A DNA stretch of 49,225 nt from Vicinamibacterales bacterium (GTDB lineage: Bacteria; Acidobacteriota; Vicinamibacteria; Vicinamibacterales; CAVVIG01), in assembly GCA_036269295.1 (NCBI GenBank), contig DATASG010000133.1, forward strand, positions 1-49,225, given 5' to 3'. The notes beneath the pieces are model-generated. The model was not told where the DNA came from. It worked only from the letters and a program-made list of their open reading frames with translations, and did not search any database. The position numbers and the translations under genes are program-made. This document shows, piece after piece, positions 25,456 to 32,512 of this stretch; positions within the stretch are counted from its first letter, which is position 1, and the number at the start of each line of letters is the position of its first letter.

Positions 25456-26451
25456 ATGAGTACAGGGGCAGGACGGGCGGGTCGGGCAGGACGGGCGGGT
25501 CGGGCAGCACGGGCCGGATGGGTCGGGCGAGCGGGGTGGGTTGGAGCGCTGGCGCTGACGTTGATCGCAGGGGACGCCCTCGAGGCCGTGCCGCGACAGG
25601 CGCAGGCCCCGCAGACGCCGCTGCAGCGGCTGGAAGCATCGATCCTGCGGACGACGCGCAGCGTCAACGCGACGTGGGGGGTCTACGTGAAGTCCCTCGA
25701 CACCGGCGAGGAGATCGCGGTCGACGCCGATCGTCAGATGGAGACGATGAGCACGATCAAGATCCCGCTGATGATCGAAGCGTTCGAGCAGATCAAGGCC
25801 GGCAAGTTCAGGCTGACCGACAAGTACACGTTCGTCGAAGCAGACTCGGAGCCGGGCACCGGCACGATCCAGCGGCTCGACTATGGCGCGGTGATGACGG
25901 TGAAGGATCTCATCACCATGATGATCATCGTATCGGACAACACCGCCACCGAAGTGCTCTTCCGGATGGTCGGCGGACCCGATGCGGTCAACGCGCGCAT
26001 GCGGGCGCTCGGCCTGAAGGCGACGCGGGCGATGAACGTGCCGTCGAAGTGGTTTCCAGCGCTCAGGTCGGCGCCGACGACCGAGCAGTTCTACCGCGAG
26101 GGCAAGTTTCCGTTCGGCCTCTCCACCCCGCGCGAAATGGGGCGCCTGCTCGAGATGATGGAGCGCGGCGCGCTGGTCGACAAGCCCTCATCGGATCTCA
26201 TGCTGCGCATCATGCGCGGCCAGCTTTACCGAACGAGAATTCCCCGCTACGTGACCGGCTACGCCATCCCGCATAAGACCGGCGACTTTCTGCCCTACGT
26301 CGGCGACGACGTCGGCGTGCTCGAGGCACCAGGAAAGACGATCGTCCTGTCCGTTTTCACCGGCAACCATTTCGGATCGGGCGAGGTCCTGGAAAACGCG
26401 ATTGGCCTGGTCGCGCGCGATGTCGCCGAATATTTTGCCTACAAACCATAG
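25456..26451 (+). CDS. class A beta-lactamase-fold serine hydrolase
   Basis: All three class A motifs are present: STIK (SxxK), SDN (IVSDNTA) and KTG (PHKTGDF). The N-terminus is encoded by the 18-mer repeat, so the true start is uncertain. Confidence 0.85.
   Translation: MSTGAGRAGRAGRAGRAARAGWVGRAGWVGALALTLIAGDALEAVPRQAQAPQTPLQRLEASILRTTRSVNATWGVYVKSLDTGEEIAVDADRQMETMSTIKIPLMIEAFEQIKAGKFRLTDKYTFVEADSEPGTGTIQRLDYGAVMTVKDLITMMIIVSDNTATEVLFRMVGGPDAVNARMRALGLKATRAMNVPSKWFPALRSAPTTEQFYREGKFPFGLSTPREMGRLLEMMERGALVDKPSSDLMLRIMRGQLYRTRIPRYVTGYAIPHKTGDFLPYVGDDVGVLEAPGKTIVLSVFTGNHFGSGEVLENAIGLVARDVAEYFAYKP
25466..25544 (+). repeat. tandem 18-mer GGGCAGGACGGGCGGGTC (2 exact copies plus degenerate copies), about 12 G-runs
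   Basis: Exact units are at 25466-25483 and 25484-25501, followed by degenerate copies. The array is translated as GRAGRAGRAGRAARAGWVGRAGWVG at the N-terminus of the next ORF. Confidence 0.85.
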
Positions 26452-26491
26452 TGGGGAGCGGGTTGGAGATTCAGGACCACCAAACCACGAA

Positions 26492-27697
26492 ATGGCTTCC
26501 TATCTCGATACCGTCCCTTTCTCCGGCATCATCCGCATCCGCGACATGATGTACTCGGTCGCCGATCCGTACCGCCTCGATCAGGGGGACGTCAGCTTCG
26601 ACGCCCCTGAAAGCGTCAAGACCGGCATGGCGCGCGCGATCACCGACAACCACTCGCACTACGTTCAGACCACCGGCATCCCGCGCCTGCGCGAGCTCGT
26701 CGCCGCGAAACTCCGGAACACGAACCACATCCCGATCAGCGACGTCGAGGATGTGCTCGTCACCAACGGCGGCATCCACGGGCTGTACCTCATCTGCCGG
26801 TCCCTGCTCGAGCCTGGCGACGAGGTGCTGCTCCCCGATCCTGCATGGCCGCCCGCGGCGGGGAACATTCTCGCCTCCCGAGGCGTGCCGGTCGGATACC
26901 GTCTACACGAATCGAGCGGTTGGCAGCCGAACCTGGAGGAAGTGGAGGCCGCGATCACGCCGAGAACGCGCGTTCTCTACCTCAACTCGCCAAGCAACCC
27001 GACCGGTGGCGTCCTGACGCGGTCGTCTGTCGAACGGCTTGCCGCGATCGCGGTGAAGCACGATCTCTGGGTCATCTCCGACGAAGCGTACGAAGACGTC
27101 GTGTTCGAGGGCGAGCAGGTCAGCATCGCGTCGCTGCCGGGCATGTACGAGCGGACCATCCCGCTCTACACGTTCAGCAAGTCGTATGCAATGACCGGCC
27201 TCCGGCTGGGATACATCGCGATCCGCGATGCCACGATCCGCGATCGCGCCAAAAAGATCCTGTTCTACACCTCCAGCAATGTCGCGTCGGTGGTGCAGTA
27301 CGGCGGCATCGGCGCGCTCGAGGGACCGCAGGACTGCATCGACACGTTCCGCACCGAGCTGCGCGCGCGCCGCGATCTGTTTTACCGCGGCATCAAAGCG
27401 TCGGCGGGCGACCTGTTCGCCGGGCGGCCGCCGGCGGGCGCGTTCTACGCCTTCCTGCGGATCGATCCCTCGTGGGCTGGCGGAGATCAGGCGACCCGAT
27501 CGGCCTCGTGGCGGATGGTCGAGTATTTGATCGCGAAAGCCCGCATCGGCTGCGTGCCTGGCGTCGACTTCGGTCCGAACGGCGAAGGCTACGTCCGCTT
27601 CTGCTTCGCGCGCGATCGGAAAGAGCTCACTGGGGCCATCGACTCGATGAAAGAGCTGTTCTCGGCGACGATGGGGTCGGGTAGGTCAGATGGGTAG
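26492..27697 (+). CDS. class I/II PLP-dependent aminotransferase
   Basis: 401 aa from ATG 26492, with SPSNPTGGV and the Lys motif TFSKSYAMTGLRLGY. The last 8 codons and the stop lie in a 13-mer repeat. Confidence 0.9.
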   Translation: MASYLDTVPFSGIIRIRDMMYSVADPYRLDQGDVSFDAPESVKTGMARAITDNHSHYVQTTGIPRLRELVAAKLRNTNHIPISDVEDVLVTNGGIHGLYLICRSLLEPGDEVLLPDPAWPPAAGNILASRGVPVGYRLHESSGWQPNLEEVEAAITPRTRVLYLNSPSNPTGGVLTRSSVERLAAIAVKHDLWVISDEAYEDVVFEGEQVSIASLPGMYERTIPLYTFSKSYAMTGLRLGYIAIRDATIRDRAKKILFYTSSNVASVVQYGGIGALEGPQDCIDTFRTELRARRDLFYRGIKASAGDLFAGRPPAGAFYAFLRIDPSWAGGDQATRSASWRMVEYLIAKARIGCVPGVDFGPNGEGYVRFCFARDRKELTGAIDSMKELFSATMGSGRSDG

Positions 27698-27748
27698 GTC
27701 AGGTGGGTAGGTGGTCGGCCGGGCAGGTCGGCAGGTAACGCCTACCCA
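27679..27748. repeat. 13-bp tandem GGGTAGGTCAG(A/G)T x3 plus an inverted partner CCTACCC
   Basis: Units are at 27679-27691, 27692-27704 and 27705-27717. The CCTACCC partner is at 27742-27748. The repeat spans the aminotransferase stop codon (TAG 27695-27697). Confidence 0.8.
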
Positions 27749-27752
27749 GCCC

Positions 27753-28493
27753 CTACGTCACGTGGCGGCCGCCGTCGATCCGAATCGTTTCACCGGTGAT
27801 GAAGTCGCTGTCGAGCAGCGCCACGACACCCCTGGCAATCTCCATCTCGCCGCCCCAGCGCCCGAGGGGCGTCGCCTCTTCCACCGCCTTCGACTCGGCC
27901 TCGGTCGTCCCCGGCGGCGCGACGATCGGTCCCGGCGCGATCGCGTTGACCAGAATGTTGTCCGCCGCGAGCTCCAAAGCGAGCGCTTCGGTGAGCGCGA
28001 TGATTCCGGTCTTCGCAACGTAGTACGGCAGGTAGCCGGTGTAGCGCGGCCGTCCGCTCCTGGCGACCCAGTCGCTGAAGTTGATGATCCGCCCGCCGCC
28101 CTGCGCCTTCAGGTGTGGCGCGGCGGCATGGGCGCAGAGAAACGCGGCGCGCAGGTCGACGTTGATGTTGGCGTCCCAATCGGCGGCGGTGAGATCGGCG
28201 AACGGCTTCTTCACATAGACCGACGCCATGTTGATGAGGATGTCGAGGCGGCCGAAGGTGTCGACGGTCGATTGCACGAGCGCCGCGGCCGCATCGGGCT
28301 GCGACAGGTCCGACTGGAACGCCGCCGCTCGGCGGCCGGCGCCGCGCACGATGCCGGCGCCCGCCTCGGCCTCACCCCTGGACCGCGCGTAGCTGAAGGC
28401 GACGTCGACGCCGCGCGCCGCCAGCTCGCGGGCGACGACCTGGCCGATGCGCCTGCCGCCAGTAATCAGCGCGACGGTGTTGGTCAGATTCAC
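27753..28493 (-). CDS. short-chain dehydrogenase/reductase (SDR)
   Basis: 246 aa with the cofactor motif TGGRRIGQ and the catalytic YYVAK. The start is GTG. Confidence 0.9.
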   Translation of the reverse strand: MNLTNTVALITGGRRIGQVVARELAARGVDVAFSYARSRGEAEAGAGIVRGAGRRAAAFQSDLSQPDAAAALVQSTVDTFGRLDILINMASVYVKKPFADLTAADWDANINVDLRAAFLCAHAAAPHLKAQGGGRIINFSDWVARSGRPRYTGYLPYYVAKTGIIALTEALALELAADNILVNAIAPGPIVAPPGTTEAESKAVEEATPLGRWGGEMEIARGVVALLDSDFITGETIRIDGGRHVT

Positions 28494-28495
28494 GA

Positions 28496-28557
28496 GGGCA
28501 GGACGGGCTGGATGGGCAGGACAGGCAGGAGGCCCAGCCCTTCCTGCCCTTCGCCCC
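28496..28557. repeat. second locus of the GGGCAGGAC 18-mer family plus a C-rich inverted segment
   Basis: GGGCAGGACGGGCTGGAT (28496-28513) and GGGCAGGACAGGCAGGAG (28514-28531) are followed by GCCCAGCCCTTCCTGCCCTTCGCCCC. The first unit matches the 25466 unit at 15 of 18 positions. Confidence 0.85.
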
Positions 28558-28565
28558 TTTAGTAT

Positions 28566-29225
28566 TTAGTAGCTGAACGTCCCGAAGAACGCCGAGCGCT
28601 TGTTCGGGTCGCTCCACTTGGTGCCGAGCGCTGAGCCGGTGAACAGATGCTGGCTGGTCACGCCCATCGCCGACTCGTCCATCGATGCGAAGGGGTGGAA
28701 CCACTGCATCGCGCCACAGGTTGGGTCGTGGGTCAGGTGCTTGCTGACCGCGAGCGAGACCTCCGCGGCGGAGACGTTGATCTCGCCGCCACGATCGGTG
28801 AACGCAATCGCGGTCGGTGTGACCCGGACGATGGTACCGACCAGCCCCTTCGACAGCTCGTTGGCCATGGCGACGAGCGCGATCTGCTGCGCCGGGTTGG
28901 CGCGCTGGTCCACGAACATGGCGCTACGGACAGCCGGCTTCTCGCCACCCATCTCGGTCATGCCTAAATTGCGGTCGCCCGACACCGCGGCGACGACTGA
29001 AAGGCCGTCAATGGCGATGCCGTTGAAACTGCCGCGATCGACTTTCCACGCCAGGACCGCCTGCTTGCCCATCGTCTCCGCTTCGCTGTTCATGATGCAG
29101 CCGCCGGTGAAGACCTCGGCGGTGCGCGCTTCGACGTACTCGCCGGCCACTGTATTCTTACCGCCCGCCAGGAGCGGGGACGCTGCCATGCCGATGAGTG
29201 CCGCCGCGATGATGGCTCGTTTCAT
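28566..29225 (-). CDS. secreted hypothetical protein, possibly DUF1326-like
   Basis: 219 aa from MKRAIIAAALIGMAASPLLAG, which looks like a signal peptide. SD GAGG lies 6 nt upstream of the ATG and TATAAT a further 8 nt upstream. The family assignment is tentative. The 580-aa track ORF is a GC-rich extension. Confidence 0.72.
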   Translation of the reverse strand: MKRAIIAAALIGMAASPLLAGGKNTVAGEYVEARTAEVFTGGCIMNSEAETMGKQAVLAWKVDRGSFNGIAIDGLSVVAAVSGDRNLGMTEMGGEKPAVRSAMFVDQRANPAQQIALVAMANELSKGLVGTIVRVTPTAIAFTDRGGEINVSAAEVSLAVSKHLTHDPTCGAMQWFHPFASMDESAMGVTSQHLFTGSALGTKWSDPNKRSAFFGTFSY

Positions 29226-29243
29226 ATGCAACCTCGCGTTACG

Positions 29244-29249
29244 ATTATA
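29244..29249 (-). promoter_or_regulatory. -10-like TATAAT hexamer upstream of the 28566-29225 gene
   Basis: The minus strand reads TATAAT-cgtaacgc-GAGGT-tgcat-ATG. Confidence 0.4.
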
Positions 29250-29251
29250 GC

Positions 29252-29332
29252 GCTCGGGGCGCTCGGGGTGCTCGGGGTGCTCGGGGTGCTCGGGGTGCCG
29301 GCGGTGCTGGCGGTGCTGGCGGTGCTGGCGGT
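29252..29332 (+). repeat. nine-unit 9-bp tandem array: GCTCGGGG(C/T) x5 then GC(C/T)GGCGGT x4
   Basis: Read directly with no spacers. The first five units give five GGGG runs separated by 5-nt loops. Confidence 0.9.
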
Positions 29333-29360
29333 GCCTTCGACGATACGAAAAGGGGCGTTT

Positions 29361-30248
29361 GTGTCGGACAACATTGGTTTTATCGGACTCGGTGTCATGG
29401 GGAAGCCCATGGCAGGACATCTCATCAAGGCGGGTCATCACCTGACCGTTCACAACCGCAGCCGAGGCGCGGTAGACGAGCTCGTCACGGCCGGGGCAAG
29501 CGCGGCCGCCTCGCCCGCCGACGTCGCCCGCGCCTCGACGATCGTGATCACGATGCTGCCCGACACGCCCGACGTCGAGCGCGTCCTGACGGCTCCTGAC
29601 GGTGTCCTCTCCGCGCTCCAGAGGGGGGCAATCGTCATCGACATGAGCAGCATTTCGCCGGTGGCCACGGAAAAACTGGCGTCGCTGGTCGCCGAGAAAG
29701 GCGGGTCGATGATCGACGCGCCGGTGAGCGGCGGCGAGATCGGCGCGATCAACGCGCAGCTGTCGATCATGTGCGGCGGCGACGAGGCGGCGTTCAACCG
29801 GGTAAAGCCGATCCTGGCGGCGATGGGCAACCCGGAAAAGATCGTCTATATCGGGCGATCGGGCGCCGGTCAGATCTGCAAGGTCTGCAACCAGATCGCC
29901 ATCGGCGGCGCGCTCGCCGGGGTCAGCGAGGCGTTCGCGCTCGCGAAGAAGGCCGGGGTGGATGCGGCGCGCGTGCGCCAGGCGCTGCTCGGTGGCTTCG
30001 CGGCGAGCCGCGTCCTGGAGGTGCACGGCGAGCGGATGCTGGTCGACAACTACAAACCGGGCTTCCGCGCGCGGCTGTATCAGAAAGACATGCGGCTGGC
30101 GAACGAAGCGGCGGCGGCCAACGGCGTCTCGATGCCGGCCAACGCGGTCGTGGCGCAGTTGCTCAACGCGCTGATCGCGTCGGGAGGCGGCGACCTGGAC
30201 TACGCGGCGCTGGGAACGGTGTTGTTCAAGCTGGCGGGCAATTCCTAG
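29361..30248 (+). CDS. NAD(P)-dependent 3-hydroxyisobutyrate / tartronate-semialdehyde reductase-family oxidoreductase
   Basis: 295 aa from GTG 29361, with the Rossmann motif IGFIGLGVMGKPMA at the N-terminus and AAAGGGG upstream. The track ORF start at 29226 would translate the 9-mer array. Confidence 0.87.
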   Translation: MSDNIGFIGLGVMGKPMAGHLIKAGHHLTVHNRSRGAVDELVTAGASAAASPADVARASTIVITMLPDTPDVERVLTAPDGVLSALQRGAIVIDMSSISPVATEKLASLVAEKGGSMIDAPVSGGEIGAINAQLSIMCGGDEAAFNRVKPILAAMGNPEKIVYIGRSGAGQICKVCNQIAIGGALAGVSEAFALAKKAGVDAARVRQALLGGFAASRVLEVHGERMLVDNYKPGFRARLYQKDMRLANEAAAANGVSMPANAVVAQLLNALIASGGGDLDYAALGTVLFKLAGNS

Positions 30249-30285
30249 CGACGCCAGGAACGGGGCCCAGATCGTGTTTTGCGCT

Positions 30286-30702
30286 TCAACGCTCGTCGAT
30301 TGGCCCAAGCACCGGCTTGACGTCCACGATGGGCGTGCCGTCGAGCGCTTCGAGGTTGCGGACCCGAACCCTGGTGCCGTCGATGGACACGATATGGACG
30401 CGGTGCAGCCCGATCGGATTCGGCCGATCCGGGGAACGCGTGCTGAATACGCCGGTCAGCGGATTGCTCCGATCGCCCCTGGGATGAACCGCCAGTACGT
30501 CGCGGCGTGCGCGATCGAGCCAGGTGAGCAGGATGACGTCGGTGCCGGCCTGCAGGTCGCGTATCCCCTGGCTCATCTCGGCATCGAACACGAGCCACGC
30601 GTCCGGCGATCCTTCGTCGCCCTGCCTGGGAGCTGCGGCGCGATCGACGAGCGGAGACTCGACGGTTCCTATCGGCCGTATCTCGTAGCGAGATGTGGTC
30701 AC
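30286..30702 (-). CDS. trmO: TsaA/YaeB-family tRNA methyltransferase (TrmO-like)
   Basis: Motifs are IRPIGTVES and STRSPDRPNPIGLHRV...LDGTPIVDVKP. I prefer the GTG start at 30702. The longer ORF to 30822 would overlap the GNAT gene. Confidence 0.75.
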   Translation of the reverse strand: MTTSRYEIRPIGTVESPLVDRAAAPRQGDEGSPDAWLVFDAEMSQGIRDLQAGTDVILLTWLDRARRDVLAVHPRGDRSNPLTGVFSTRSPDRPNPIGLHRVHIVSIDGTRVRVRNLEALDGTPIVDVKPVLGPIDER

Positions 30703-30737
30703 CAGGCGCGAGGATACGACACGGGGCGGGTCGATCG

Positions 30738-31247
30738 CTAGGCGCGCGCCGACTGGACAGCACGCCAACCCGCGTCGGCGAGCACCACGGAGGTCTCGAT
30801 CTGGCGCTCCGGCACCTTCCAATATTTCTTCAGCAAACGGTTCTTGTCCTGAGGGTCAACGACCATATAGCCATGCTTTTCGTAGAAGCGGATCGCCCAC
30901 ACCGCATCGGCCCAGGTGCCGATCAGCACCGGGCGATCGGTCATCTTCCGCAGATGCGAGAGTAGAGCCGCGCCGATCCCGCGGTGCCGGCTGGGGGTGC
31001 GAACGTAGGCGTGGCGGATGAGGGTGACGTCCTGGACCGGTTGCAGGCCCATCACCCCGGTCAGGGTACCGTCCTCTTCGTATCCCCAGAACTCGACGCC
31101 GTCGGCGATCTCGTCTCGCAGCCTCTCGCGGGACATGTACGGCTCTGTCCAACGATCGGCGGGGATGATGCCCTTGTAGGCCTGCGCGCCGTCGTTGATG
31201 ATGGCCCAGATCAGATCGAAGTCGTGGTCGTCGCAGGGGCGAATCAC
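30738..31247 (-). CDS. GNAT-family N-acetyltransferase
   Basis: 169 aa with the acetyl-CoA motif RHRGIGAALL and FYEKHGY. Confidence 0.87.
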   Translation of the reverse strand: MIRPCDDHDFDLIWAIINDGAQAYKGIIPADRWTEPYMSRERLRDEIADGVEFWGYEEDGTLTGVMGLQPVQDVTLIRHAYVRTPSRHRGIGAALLSHLRKMTDRPVLIGTWADAVWAIRFYEKHGYMVVDPQDKNRLLKKYWKVPERQIETSVVLADAGWRAVQSARA

Positions 31248-31265
31248 GAGGGCGTGGCCAGGTCG

Positions 31266-31529
31266 CTAGTGTTTGCAGCAGTCGCGTTCGCCGGCGCAGC
31301 AGTCGGGGCGCACGGGCGCGCCGTCTGGCCCGAAGCCGCGCTGCGTCTCCGCGCACCAGTAGGCGGTCGAGTCGTACTCGTCGTAGAACGCGAACTCGTC
31401 GGGATCGGGTCCTGCGGTCACGAACATTCCCTTGTGGCGGATGTTCAGGCAGTGGACGCCGTGCGTCAATTTGGGCGAGGTGAGATGATCCATAACTCTG
31501 GTTACCTGCATTGGATAATCGAGCTTCAC
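31266..31529 (-). CDS. small Cys-rich hypothetical protein
   Basis: 87 aa from a GTG that overlaps the FAD-subunit stop as GTGA. ATG 31511 and ATG 31493 are alternatives. The cysteine pattern is HC...YWC...GPDG...CC...CC. GC3 is high. Confidence 0.6.
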   Translation of the reverse strand: MKLDYPMQVTRVMDHLTSPKLTHGVHCLNIRHKGMFVTAGPDPDEFAFYDEYDSTAYWCAETQRGFGPDGAPVRPDCCAGERDCCKH

Positions 31530-32512
31530 ACTGTCTTCAGCCCCGCCGCTGCCAACACGGCACGCTTGACGGCGGTTCTGGCGATCTGCACCTTGTATGC
31601 ATTGCCACTCATCGGCTTCGCCTCGGCGACCGCGGCCTCTCCCGCCGCCGCGGCGGTCTGCTGGTTGAGCGGCTTACCGGCCAGCGCGCCTTCGGCCGCC
31701 CTCGATCGCCACGGAATCGGCGCCACCGCGCCGAGCACGACGCGCGCAGACGCAATCGTGTTCCCGTTCATCGTCAGCACCACGGTGGCGAATGCGAGCG
31801 GCCAGTCGTGCGACTGCTTGTAGCGGACCTCGTAGTGCCCGTGCCTCACGTTGCCGGGTGCCGGCAGGATCACGTGGGTCAGGATGTCTTCGTCCTCGAG
31901 CACGTTTTCCTTGAGCACGTTCTGCAGCGTCGGCAGCGTGAAGTAATCGGCGGCGGGGATCTCGCGCTCGCCGTTCGGGCCGAGCACGCGGAAGGTGGCG
32001 CCGTAGGCGACCAACGGCACTGCCAGGCTCGAGGGGTGGACAATGTGGCTCGGACCTTCGTTGCCAAAGATGGCGTGATACTGATTCTCGCCGTTGACCG
32101 CGAAGCAGCGCGATCCGCCCTTCTTGAAGCAGACGAACTCCTCGTTGCGGTAATACCAGCAACGCGGGCGCTGGTTGAGGTTGCCGCCGACGGTCCCCTG
32201 ATTCCGGATCTGCGGCGTGCCGATCTCGATCGCCGCGGCGTTGAGCGCGGGATAGAGCTTGGCGACCAGCGCGTGCTCGAACAGGTCGACGATCTTCACC
32301 GCCGAGCCGATCTTCATCCCGCCGTCAGGCGTCGAGGTGATCGCGGCATCGAGCCCTTTGACGTTGACCAGGCGATCCGGCGAGTCGATGTAGTCCTTCA
32401 TCCGCGCAAGCAGATCCTGGCCGCCGCCGATCGGCGCGGCGATGCCGTCGATCTTCAGGGCCGCCACCGCCTCGCGCTCGGAGGTCGGGTTGACGTAGGC
32501 AAAGGCCTTCAA
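31526..32512 (-). CDS. FAD-binding subunit of the second molybdenum hydroxylase (PaoB-like)
   Basis: The TTG start overlaps the large-subunit stop as TTGA and has AGGAGGG 5 nt upstream. Motifs are KAFAYVNPTSEREAVAAL...GGGQDLL and RNQGTVGGN. It is a paralogue of 22126-23142. Confidence 0.85.
   Translation of the reverse strand: MKAFAYVNPTSEREAVAALKIDGIAAPIGGGQDLLARMKDYIDSPDRLVNVKGLDAAITSTPDGGMKIGSAVKIVDLFEHALVAKLYPALNAAAIEIGTPQIRNQGTVGGNLNQRPRCWYYRNEEFVCFKKGGSRCFAVNGENQYHAIFGNEGPSHIVHPSSLAVPLVAYGATFRVLGPNGEREIPAADYFTLPTLQNVLKENVLEDEDILTHVILPAPGNVRHGHYEVRYKQSHDWPLAFATVVLTMNGNTIASARVVLGAVAPIPWRSRAAEGALAGKPLNQQTAAAAGEAAVAEAKPMSGNAYKVQIARTAVKRAVLAAAGLKTV

Noticed and set aside
29252-29332. CRISPR-like array
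   Set aside because: The units are 9 bp and directly abutting, with no unique spacers. No cas genes are present in the window. It is a minisatellite and not a CRISPR array.
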